Shown here: piece by piece, positions 26,780-37,915 of the stretch
How positions within the stretch are numbered: position 1 is the stretch's first letter
Layout of the letters: each line of letters begins with the position of its first letter
Assembly (NCBI RefSeq): GCF_001194135.2
Contig: NC_069001.1
Location: 23,880,831-23,944,830 of the forward strand
Origin: Octopus bimaculoides
Taxonomy: Eukaryota
Direction of reading: 5' to 3'
Length of the DNA stretch: 64,000 bases
The notes under the pieces: generated by a model
What the model was told of the DNA's origin: nothing
What the model saw: the letters and a program-made list of their open reading frames with translations, nothing else
Databases searched by the model: none
Position numbers and translations under genes: made by a program

Positions 26780-27571
26780 CAATACTCTGCCAGAAATTTG
26801 GAAACGACATGCCATACAGTTTGGCATTCATGCCAGAAGCTCCAATACGAACATTTCAGAGTGTTTGGGTGTCAATCTGAGGAGAGTGCAATCTGAGAGT
26901 GATAAAAATCAAACATCCAGTCAACATCATGTTGTTTGGAGTGATCACTAGTGATCTAGTGATGGCAACGTTCTGTCTCCATTAATCTTCCTACACAGCC
27001 TCACACTCAGCATGGAGGCCTACATCAAGTGTCTGGAGGAGGTAGTGCTGCCCTGGATCAAGAGCATGGAAAAACAGGACTCTGCACCATGCCACAAAAG
27101 AAGAACTCANNNNNNNNNNTGCCCTGGATCAAGAGCATGGAAAAACAGGACTCTGCACCATGCCACAAAAGAAGAACTCAATCATGGCTGTCTGACAATT
27201 TCTGTGCCCACATCAACCCTAATATCTGGCCACCTAATTCCCCAGACTGCATCCCCCTTGGTTATTATGTGTGGGGTGCAGTTGAGTGAGAGGCCTACAG
27301 AACCCCTTGTAATACCAAAGATGAACTGAAGGCAAGGATTATGGCAGCATTCACGATCTTAAACAAGGAGACCATCCAGAAGAATTGCAGGAGATTCTGA
27401 AGTCGTCTGGAGGCCATAGTTGAATCCAAGGGCAATTTTATTGAATAAATTTATTCTTTAGTATTTCAAGATATTTTTATGTAATTTTGGTAAACATATC
27501 TGTTAAAATGAGAAGTCAATGTTATTTTCATTTTTGCATAATTTAAACGACAGTTTATTCACCACACCCTG
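26780..27571 (+). mobile_element. internally deleted Tc1/mariner element, maT (DD37D)-like
   Basis: QDSAPCH...WPPNSPDCIPLGYYVWGAVE, where the D-type third-residue context resembles maT/DD37D. The right TIR CAGGGTGTGGTGAATAAACTG ends at 27571 and is followed by TA; the left TIR is not seen. Confidence 0.8.
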
Positions 27572-27755
27572 TATATATATATGAAATTTATATAAAAACA
27601 ATGATGACAGAGCAACAACTACCAAACTAAAACTAATAACTAATAAGTCCTACCCAAAAAGTGACTAAGGGCTTCTTTCAGTTTCCATCTACCAAATACA
27701 CTCACAAGGGTTTCATTGGCTTGAGGCTGTTGTTGAAGACACTTGCCCAAGGTGC

Positions 27756-27795
<40 letters not shown>

Positions 27796-27801
27796 TACAT
27801 A

Positions 27802-28330
27802 CATAGTATCTCAAAAGTCACTCATGGGTTTCAATTTTTAATAACTTTCTTAACTTTACAAATAGATACATGGAACCTTGATACAATATAAAGGACATAA
27901 TGGAAATTAATATTCCCAGAGTCAAATTTTTCAACACTGCTACATTACATATGAAAAATAACATCGCTTAAATGTCAGCCATTTCTGGCTTCACATGCCT
28001 GTGCTCTTTCCAAAACACCCTCAAGATTTTCAGACCCCACTTCTCTGATTTCCCTATTGATGTTCTCCTTCAGTTGCATCAGGGTCTCCGGTTTGTTGAT
28101 TCAAACCCTCTCCTTCAGGTATCCTCAGAAGAAAAATCTGGGTTAGTCAAGTCTGGGGAACATGAAGGCCAGTTCACATTGTTGTAACAGGAGATTAATC
28201 TCTCTCCAAAGTACTGCTGTAGCAACTGCATTGTTTCTCTTGGGGTATAAGCAGTTTCCCCATCTTACTGGAACCATGTGTCAGGTCTACTCTGAATAGT
28301 CATCACGTTCTCCAAACTTGACTAGCCTAG
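27802..28330 (-). mobile_element. decayed Tc1/mariner-superfamily 3' half (WPxRSPDL-type)
   Basis: - strand DTWFQ*DG and NWPSCSPDLTNPDF remnants; degenerate TIR near 27802. Confidence 0.62.
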
Positions 28331-28375
28331 ATTTTTTTCACATACACACACACATGGAAACACACACAACCACAC

Positions 28376-28417
<42 letters not shown>

Positions 28418-29059
28418 AAAAATGGTAGAGTGACAGAAAGTGAAAGGATAAAGAACGACGGTGTACCATATGATTTCAGAAATTTTTCTGTACCTTCAGA
28501 GATTGCAAACAGGGATAGTTTACTAAAAGCCTTCAGCCCTTATCCTCCAACCTCATAAAGACAGAAAAGCAAAACAACAGAAAGCACAAGTTCAACAATA
28601 AAGGAGAATTTTGAATAGGAATATAAAGAATATGTCATGTGAAACACAGTAAAATGGAATCAGAGAGAAGAAACGTACAATTTGAGAGGAAAAGGTATTT
28701 ATTGAAACAAAAAAAGAACCTCATAGACATTATTCTAGCAACAATGGAACTATTTAAAGTACAATTGAAAAGCAATCTCTACATAATTTGAACAATTTTC
28801 CCTGTTTCGAACTGATTTTTTGCCCAAGATAGGTGATGGAATCAAATTTGTGCTAGATTACTTTGCCATTATTATTCTGAGAATAACTAATTTCCATTTC
28901 CAATGTTGGCTTCATCCCCTGTATTTGTGAAAGAATGATTCAGCTGTAAATATTCATGTAACAGGACTTGTATTGCAATCATTTGATGTCTGATTAGGAC
29001 GATTTCATGTGTGTGTATGTGTGAATACATGTATGTGCACATATATATGTATACATACG

Positions 29060-29110
<51 letters not shown>

Positions 29111-30065
29111 ATGTATGTATGTATGTATATATATATATATATATATATATNNNNNNNNNNNNNNNNNNNNNNNNNNNNNNNNNNNNNNNNNNNNNNNNNN
29201 NNNNNNNNNNNNNNNNNNNNNNNNNNNNNNNNNNNNNNNNNNNNNNNNNNNNNNNNNNNNNNNNNNNNNNNNNNNNNNNNNNNNNNNNNNNNNNNNNNNN
29301 NNNNNNNNNNNNNNNNNNNNNNNNNNNNNNNNNNNNNNNNNNNNNNNNNNNNNNNNNNNNNNNNNNNNNNNNNNNNNNNNNNNNNNNNNNNNNNNNNNNN
29401 NNNNNNNNNNNNNNNNNNNNNNNNNNNNNNNNNNNNNNNNNNNNNNNNNNNNNNNNNNNNNNNNNNNNNNNNNNNNNNNNNNNNNNNNNNNNNNNNNNNN
29501 NNNNNNNNNNNNNNNNNNNNNNNNNNNNNNNNNNNNNNNNNNNNNNNNNNNNNNNNNNNNNNNNNNNNNNNNNNNNNNNNNNNNNNNNNNNNNNNNNNNN
29601 NNNNNNNNNNNNNNNNNNNNNNNNNNNCTCTCTCTCTCTCTCTCTCCATACTGGAGAGATTCTCATTGCTCATACCTGGAAATGATGCAGCAAACAAAGT
29701 AGTTGATATAAAACAGGCAAAAAAAAAAAACAACCCCTCCAAAACAATGGAGCTGGCCAGAATTCAACATGTGAGCTTCTTACCATTTTTACTATAGACA
29801 ACTGCATTTGCTGTCTCTTTCTGAGATAACTATAGAGCCAAAACATGGTTTATGTCTCTGTGCTGTATCATTTTACTCCTATCAGATATATTTTATAAAT
29901 TTCCCTATTCAGATTCTTTGTAGAAGCATGAGACTATTAACTGCAGACATGGTGATGGTTAAGAAGTTTGTTTCTCAAACACACTTCTGTCAGTTCAATC
30001 TTACTGCATACCATGCTGGTAAAGCATTTTCCAAAATGGGTTTTACTTGATAATATGTGGGAAGT

Positions 30066-30295
30066 AGAGCTGGCAGAAATGTTAGCACGCCGGGCGAAAT
30101 GCTTAGCAGTATTTTGTCTGCTGCTATGTCGTTCTGAGTTCAAATTCCGCCGAGTTCGACTTTGCCTTTCATCCTTTCGGGGTTTCGTCCTTAAGTACCA
30201 GTTATGTACTGGGGTCGATGTAATTGACCTAATCCCTTTGCCTGTCCTTGTTTGTCCCCTCAATGTTTAGCCCCTTGTGGGCAATAAAGAATTAA
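30066..30295 (+). mobile_element. family B SINE
   Basis: Full head-to-tail match to 39529-39764; no TSD visible. Confidence 0.82.
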
Positions 30296-30946
30296 GAAAA
30301 CATGTAGCAGTGCTCAAATGATTTAAACTCAAATTGTATATACATATCATGATAAAAATCCAAGGCTGTGAAAAATTTCAGAACATTTATAAATGTTCTG
30401 AAATTTTTCACAGCCTTGGATTTTTATCTCATTCTGTTAATTTTGTGTGTGNNNNNNNNNNNNNNNNNNNNNNNNNNNNNNNNNNNNNNNNNNNNNNNNN
30501 NNNNNNNNNNNNNNNNNNNNNNNNNNNNNNNNNNNNNNNNNNNNNNNNNNNNNNNNNNNNNNNNNNNNNNNNNNNNNNNNNNNNNNNNNNNNNNNNNNNN
30601 NNNNNNNNNNNNNNNNNNNNNNNNNNNNNNNNNNNNNNNNNNNNNNNNNNNNNNNNNNNNNNNNNNNNNNNNNNNNNNNNNNNNNNNNNNNNNNNNNNNN
30701 NNNNNNNNNNNNNNNNNNNNNNNNNNNNNNNNNNNNNNNNNNNNNNNNNNNNNNNNNNNNNNNNNNNNNNNNNNNNNNNNNNNNNNNNNNNNNNNNNNNN
30801 NNNNNNNNNNNNNNNNNNNNNNNNNNNNNNNNNNNNNNNNNNNNNNNNNNNNNNNNNNNNNNNNNNNNNNNNNNNNNNNNNNNNNNNNNNNNNNNNNNNN
30901 NNNNNNNNNNNNNNNNNNNNNNNNNNNNNNNNNNNNNNNNNNNNNN

Positions 30947-31508
30947 GTGGTGAAGCTGAGTCACCTAACAGAATCGAAGAGAGAGATGTGCCGCGGTAGT
31001 TTGGTGTGGTGTACATAGTAAGTCGTGTTGACGCTGGTGGAGATTGATGCTGGTTAGTAGTAATCGTAGAATCGTGTTGGTCATGACGATGATGCTGGAT
31101 AGTAGTCGTAGACTCTTGTTGCTGATGTGGCGACGGCGGTGGTCATCGTGGCTGGACGAAGCTGCTGAAATGGTCGCTGGCTACTGCTGCTGTCGTGTGG
31201 TACACGGAACAGTTCTCAAAGAGAAACTGGACCGAGACAAATTGTGGGGTATGAGTTGATCTATATATAACGTTAAGAGGGCTCCAAATGGCTTCAGAAT
31301 TTTACTCTATCACGTGACCGTATTAGGGGCCGTGATTGGTCAGTTTGCGTTCTGGCGGGAAAGGTTCGAAGAAGTTGCCGATTCGAATAATAATCAGTCA
31401 CGTGATGACAAGGAATGGGTTCTCTACTAGGCTCGCATTTATTTATATTTAAATGAGAAGAATGGCGATAGTAGTTTGTATCTAATGGCGGTAGGTAGTT
31501 TCACTACA
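30947..31508 (-). promoter_or_regulatory. CpG-rich promoter-like segment, possibly an LTR (U3-R) truncated by the assembly gap
   Basis: Begins TGTAGTG on the - strand at 31508. Contains two GTCACGTGAT E-boxes (near 31310 and 31398), TTTCCCGCCA (31353-31362), CCAAT (31335-31339) and TATATATA (31262-31269), and retains many CpGs. Confidence 0.45.
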
Positions 31509-31621
31509 TATATATTAATAATAATAATATGACAACAAAAGAATGAATGAGAACTTGATATTATGTAAAATAGAGGAATTTATCTATAAATATAATATGT
31601 GACAATTAGTTTTATTATGAC

Positions 31622-31702
<81 letters not shown>

Positions 31703-32201
31703 ATGATGATATATATATATATATATCTGTGTGTGTGTGTGTGTGTGTGTGTTTGTATGTCTGATCCCCACCATCACTTGAAAACTAATGTTGGTGTGTT
31801 TACGTCCTTGTAACTTAGTGGTTCGGCCAAAGAGACCGATAGAATAAGTACTAGGCTTACAAAGAATAAGTCCTGGGGTCAATTTCTTCAACTCTAAGAT
31901 GGTGCTCCAGAAGAGCCACAGTCAAATGACTGAAACAAAAGAAAATGAATAAAAGAATATATACTCATATAGAGACAATGATTCAAATAAACAGATAAAA
32001 CCTCGGGTTTTGATGTACAAAATATATATATAGATATATACATGTATTCGTATAAAAAGGAAGGCAGAATTACAATTTTCAGATGATTAGCAAGTATAAT
32101 ATGTAGATATATACAGTTCTATATTTAAGAGATGAAGAATTATGTACATTATTTACATTATTTACATTTGACGGATATTTGTCCTCATCTTGCTTGTTGT
32201 T

Positions 32202-32244
32202 GACACGTTTCGGCTGATATACCCTCCAGCCTTCATCAGGTGTC
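32202..32244 (-). ncRNA. hammerhead-like motif lacking the cleavage-site trinucleotide
   Basis: - strand GACAC-CTGATGA-A-GGCTG(GAGGGTATAT)CAGCC-GAAAC-GTGTC, missing 3 nt relative to 32680-32725. Confidence 0.45.
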
Positions 32245-32291
32245 TTGGGGAAATTTCGAACCTCGGTTCTCATTCCTAAGGTATTTTTCGA

Positions 32292-32347
<56 letters not shown>

Positions 32348-32353
32348 TCACTG

Positions 32354-32421
32354 AATATGGCATAGTGGTTAAGAGCACGGGCTACTAACCCCAAAATTCC
32401 GAGTTTGATTCCAGGCAGTGA

Positions 32422-32425
<4 letters not shown>
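32354..32425 (+). promoter_or_regulatory. tRNA-like Pol III type 2 promoter head
   Basis: A box TGGCATAGTGG (32358-32368) and B-box-like GAGTTTGATTCC (32401-32412); no complete tRNA acceptor stem. Confidence 0.65.
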
Positions 32426-32465
<40 letters not shown>

Positions 32466-32679
32466 GTATTAATAATAATAATAATAATAATAGTAATAAT
32501 AATAATAATAATAAGCACACATATGGTTGTGATGCATGTGCCTGGTGTACCCTTATCAGACGGGTAGTCATGATGAGTATAATGGGCTTCGTATATTTTA
32601 CCCCAGTGTCACTTTGATGGCATGCCCTGCTATCAAAAAATGCTTTAGGAATGAGAACCCAGCTTCGAAATTTCCCCAA

Positions 32680-32725
32680 GACACCTGATGAAGGCTGGAT
32701 GGTATATCAGCTGAAACGTTGTGTT
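32680..32725 (+). ncRNA. minimal type I hammerhead ribozyme motif
   Basis: GACAC-CTGATGA-A-GGCTG(GATGGTATAT)CAGCT-GAAAC-GT-T-GTGTT: canonical CUGAUGA and GAAA boxes, 5-bp stems I and II, and a loopless palindromic ACGT stem III. Confidence 0.62.
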
Positions 32726-33696
32726 AGCAAACAAGATGAGGACAAATATCCATCAAATGTAAATAATGTATGTAGATATACGTTTTAGAGAGCAAACTTA
32801 CTCTAATTATATGGACTATGTAATCAGAGTAAGTTTATCTAAAAAAGTGAACATACGGTAATCCCTTGACTATCACAAGTGTTACATTCCAAAACCTCCT
32901 GAAAATTTTAAGTCTACTTTCTCATTTTACATGTATACATCATCATCATCATTTAACATCTGTCTTCCATGCTGGTACAGGTTGGCTGGTTTGATAGGAG
33001 CTGGACAGGTAGAAGACTACACCAGGCTCACTGTGTCTGTTTTGGCATGGTTTTTTATAGCTGGATGCCCTTCCTAACACCAACCATTCTGTCAAGTGGA
33101 CAGAGTACTTTTTGCCTGGCATCAGCACAGGTGAGATCAATATATATATTTTGTACATTAAAACCCAAGGTGTTATCTGTTTATTTGAATCATTGTCTCC
33201 ATATCTGCTCACCTGGATTCCTCTCATAGCTACAACTTACCTTGCTGACTTGATCCTCAGGAAAGGTTTCGAAGAGTCAGGAGTGGCTGTTTGGTAAGTA
33301 GCTTCCTTACCAACCACATGGTTCCGGGTTCAGTCCCACTGCATGGCACCTTGGGTAAGTGTCTTCTACTATAGCTTCAGGCTGAACAAAGCCTTATGAG
33401 TGGATTTGGTAGACGGAAACTGAAAGAAGCCCGTCGTATATATATATATATATGTATATATGTGATTTTATATTATTAATTCATCAATAATATATTTAAG
33501 AAATCAATATTTAGTATTTCAAAAGATATATATCCAACATAACATGGTAGCATAATAAATTTAAAAATTTAAAACATAAAAATAAAAATACGGAATATAA
33601 AAGTTTAAAACATAATTGAGCACTCAACATAAGTTCAATTATATATTCTTTTAGAATATTTCTTTTAGAATATTACTTATAAAAGTTATATATATG

Positions 33697-33737
<41 letters not shown>

Positions 33738-34637
33738 TTGTGTCAATTAGCGGTTCGGTAAAAGAGACCGATAAAATAAGTACTAGGCTTACAAAGAACA
33801 AGTCCTGGGTTTGATTTCTTAGACTAAAAGCGGTGCTCCAGCATGGCCACAGTCAAATGACTGAAACAAGTAAAAGACTAAAACATTAAGTATTTGTTGA
33901 CTCTACATACTCATATATACGTGTGTATGTGTGTGTGATGGGTTTCCATGTCTACCAAATTCACTCACAAGGCATTGGTTGCTCAGGGCCCATTGTAGAA
34001 GAAACTTACTCAAGGTGCCTTACAGTGAGACTGAACCTGAAATCACATGGCCGCAAAGCAAACTTCTCAACTACACAACCACACCTACTCCTAAATATGT
34101 TGCTGTAGGATATAAACACCAACAAAAACAAAACAAAACCTGAAAAATCAGTATTTGTTGAGAAGAATCTGGTGAAATATCTGTTTTGCACTGGGTTACA
34201 TCTAATCTCTTGCACTAACTTACTTCTAATCTCCCCCCCCCCTCTTTCTACCTGAAATACTATGAATCATAATGTGGCCCATGGGAAACCTTGATCAAAG
34301 AATGTTATTGATTCACAAATTGCATTATTAAATTAAAATAGTTAAGCTTCACCCAATCCATCTCCCTATATTAATGTTTATAAAATATACACCTTTGTTT
34401 ATTTGTTCATTCATTTATTTATTTTTTTGTGAGTGGGTGGAGCGTCAACTGAATTTCTAGGACATCATTGTTTTGTTTTTAATCATACACTATCTCTAAT
34501 TAAAACCATTTATAATAATGATAAGCCTAAATATATATATATATAAATTTAATAATGAGGATAGAAATTGATATTAATCAATTAAAACCAGTGGCCTAGT
34601 ATATTTTTTAAAAATCTGAAGATTAAAATTATATTAG

Positions 34638-34826
34638 ATACAACATTAAGAGGAATGACCACAAAAAGTGGACTCCTATATGCAAGAAATAGACGCCAAA
34701 TCACCTAACCACGAAGAGTATGTTCTTTTTTTTTTTCTTGAGAACATACTCTTCGTGGTTAGGTGATTTGGCATCTATTTTCAGCATATAGGAGTCCACT
34801 TTTGGTGGCCATTCCTCTTAATTTTG

Positions 34827-34829
<3 letters not shown>
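34638..34829. repeat. near-perfect inverted repeat (89-bp arms, 14-nt T-rich spacer)
   Basis: 34638-34726 pairs with 34741-34829 with 7 non-Watson-Crick positions; the inner 32 bp are perfect. Confidence 0.95.
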
Positions 34830-34857
<28 letters not shown>

Positions 34858-35944
34858 GTACATACATGCATACATACATATATATATGATATGTAAATGT
34901 AAGATCCAAGGATCAAGATGTAGGAAGTTAGTTAGTTTCCTGAGAAGGTATAAAAAATAACTTTCAGGAATAATAGTAGTTTATTGATGTAGAAGGTTGT
35001 AAATTTTGTTCATATCAAAGTTCGAAAAGCTGAAAAAATTATTTTATAATTTATGGTTGCAGTGTACGCAAATAAAAATCCAGGCTACATATGTTTCATG
35101 GCTAGCAGAACCTTGCCAGTAGTAATTACCCAAACAAGGAGTAATCCACCAGCTTCTCATCAGGCCAAAGAAACCTCAATCAAAATGAAGTTTACATTGT
35201 TGTCAAGGCATCCCATTCCAAGGTTCTGTCAGCTATGAGACATATGTAGCCTGAATTTTATCTACACCATGTATTTGTGTCTGTGTTTGTTCCCCCACCA
35301 TAGCCTGACAACCAGTGTTTATGTGTTTACGTCCCTGTAATTTAGAAGTTTGGCAAAAGAGAATAAGTACTAGGCTTACAAAGAATAAGTCCTGGGGTTG
35401 ATTTGTTTGACTAAAGGCGGTGCTCCAGCATGACCACAGTCACATGACTGAAACAAATAAAAGAATAAAAGAATATGTACGGATGTATATACACATATAA
35501 TGCATTGTTACAGAAAAAGTGTTGTGAGTCCCAAATGTTTTTATCAATTAAAACTACATCTGTGGGGAGAAAAGCAATCATTAACATTTATAATAATAAT
35601 TTTTCCAAAGGAGAAAGGAAGTTAATACTAAAGTTTAAACTGACCCTGAATAAAAATGGTCTGATGCAGACAGGAATGAGTCTGACTTTCAATAGTTACT
35701 GTCAAAATTGATTGAAATGGTAGTATTGTACTTGACTATAAAAAGAAAAGAAAATATGTGCAATGACAGTCATTAGAAAATTTATATCCCAAAGGCGAAG
35801 ACCTGAGACACCTAATAGCTAATGTACATATTTGAATGTCTACAGCTATGAAATGGCGTATGCCTAGTGAATTTATAGCTAACAGCAGTTGTTAATTCTT
35901 TTACTATGTTGTTGGTATATGTGGTTATATACTTTTGTTTAAAG

Positions 35945-35982
35945 GTGATGATTTCATTCAAAACGTTTTTCGTTTAAAAGCT
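35945..35982 (+). CDS. candidate 38-nt exon (xDDFIQNVFRLKA)
   Basis: atacttttgtttaaAG acceptor and GTAAGT donor; the only open frame is phase 1 to 0; two CpGs are retained. Confidence 0.38.
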
Positions 35983-37497
35983 GTAAGTCACATTACTAAC
36001 CGACATTAGTTTAAAAAAATATTTCCAGCTTACACCGAGGGCCAGTGCTAGAAAGTGCTGGGCTCAATTAGAGAATTGTCAGCATAGCATTCTATTCTAT
36101 AAAAGCTGAAGATTGATGTTTTATGCTTCATGTAGTATACCAGTCCCGGCCAAAAATGTTGAGGGCTTGAGGCTCCACTTTTAGCTACAATGATATACTA
36201 AAGTTTCATCATACCATCTTCTGTGCGAGTGTGTGCATGGGGTCCCCCCTTGGCGCAGGGCCTAATTTGAACATATCAAATTGGCTTAAAACTGGGCCTG
36301 CTTACACCCCAATATGTGATAAAGAGTTGTGTTATTTGCAGTTTAAAAATTGAAACTAGAAATAATTGAATTCACTGAAAAAGAACATCTTGTGTGCAGT
36401 TAGTAAGAAAGTGGTGTTGCTTGAGAGTAACATTAGGATATGAAGGAAGGACAAACTCTCACTTCAGAAAATGCAAATAAATCATTTTTAAGTGGAAAAC
36501 AGTTTGACTATCTAGAACTCAAAATAGAATTTAGAGCATAGGCCTAAGACAATAAAAAAGATGGATACATTTGTAACAACACTGTATGTAAAATTACATG
36601 TAAAGAAAATATCAAAATAGGAGAAAATATAATGGAGGCAGTGAGTTAACACAATAGGCAAAATGCTTGGTGGCATTTTGGCTGGTTTCATATTCTGAGT
36701 TCAAATTTCACTGAGATCAACTTTACCTTTCATCCTTTTGAGATTGATGAAATAAAAAGTTGTAATCGGCTTACCCCATCCCTAAAATTGCTGGCCTTTT
36801 GCCAAAATTTGAAACCAAGATGAGAAATATAATGTTAGTTAATGTTTCACGTTTTTAAATTGGTTATGCAAAAGATTCTTGAGAAGATAATCTGTAGCTT
36901 TACATTAGAAAACAAGACTTTCACAGAAGCCTCTCTCCGATTCCTATGATAAAACTGTACAGTAATAGCCTTAAAATGAAACTAAGAAAAGAGCATGACT
37001 TCAAACTGAATCAAAATAGAAATATGGGTTGGACAGCTTGATAGGAACTGGCAAGGCCAGGTATTGCACCAGATTCCACAGTCTGTTTTGGCTTGGTTTC
37101 TGCAGCTGGGTGCCCTTCCTAATGCTGCCAACCACTCCATAGAATGTATTGGATGCCTTTTATGTGGCACTATCACAGGTTCTTTATATGTGGCACCGGC
37201 ACCAGTGCTTTTTACATGGCACCTTGGTTTTAGGATCTCAGTTCTGTTGTGTGGGCATGTCTTCTCAAGCACAGTAAGGCACCACATTTTGGTCCCCTGC
37301 CATCTCCTTTGTAAGGCTCAGCATTCTGAGATTGGCTTCCCAAACATACTAGTGTTATGTGTTTAGATGATGAAACAAAACTAAATATTATTTGTTTCAA
37401 AAGAAACACAGCCCCAGGAAGTGAGAAATTGCCCTTATGTGTGTTGTTCATTGCCATTTATGGATTGAGAAAAATGTAAATTATGGAATATGGACAT

Positions 37498-37915
37498 TGG
37501 CATGGCTGTGTGGTTAAGACTCTCACATTGCAACCATAGATTTTTGGGTTCAAGTCACACAGCATAGTATCTTGGGCAAGTACCTTCTACTACAGCCTTG
37601 GTCCCATTAATGCCATGGGTATTTTAATACCTTGGACCCATTAATGCCATGGGTATTTTAATACCTTGGACCCATTAATGCCTTGTGAATGAATACGGTG
37701 GATGGAAACTGTGTGAAACCTATGCCATATGTGTGCATTTGTATTTGTGTTTGTTCCCCACAACTGCTTGACTGCTGGTGTTGGTTAGTTTGTGTCTCTT
37801 TAACTCAGTATTTTTGGCTTGAGTAACTGAGAAAATAAGTTCCAGAATTTAAAAACAAAACTCTTTGAAATAGTGCTTCAGTCTGGCCAAAGTTTTATGA
37901 CTGAAACTATAAAAG
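37498..37915 (+). mobile_element. decayed family A SINE with an internal 34-bp tandem duplication
   Basis: Head, CORE-like block and tail are present; 34-bp units start at 37598, 37632 and 37666. Confidence 0.72.

Larger units (their letters stand above)
32112..32769. mobile_element. fold-back non-autonomous retroelement: tRNA-like head plus inverted Penelope-like hammerhead-bearing arms
   Basis: Inverted arms 32112-32290 and 32635-32769, (ATT)n and (AAT)n tracts, an inner CAGGTCACTG/CAGTGACCTG pair, and a flanking direct repeat TATGTAGATATA (32100-32111 and 32769-32780). Confidence 0.7.

Noticed and set aside
27049-27180. 61-bp direct repeat on either side of a 10-N gap
   Set aside because: An identical duplication flanking a gap is typical of unmerged contig overlap.
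32354-32425. tRNA gene
   Set aside because: A and B boxes are present, but the B box is degenerate, there is no acceptor stem or terminator, and it runs into a repeat body. SINE heads elsewhere are rejected as tRNAs for the same reason.
32514-32634. Spacer with TACCC/GGGTA pairings and - strand CTGATAA and GAAG boxes as a further ribozyme
   Set aside because: I could not build a canonical hammerhead or HDV-like fold from it; kept only as part of the element.
36142-36300. GC-rich segment with CAG(T/G)CCC-type ends, plus hAT-like ends near 16496, 62115 and 62850
   Set aside because: No matching TIR pair with an 8-bp TSD could be confirmed.
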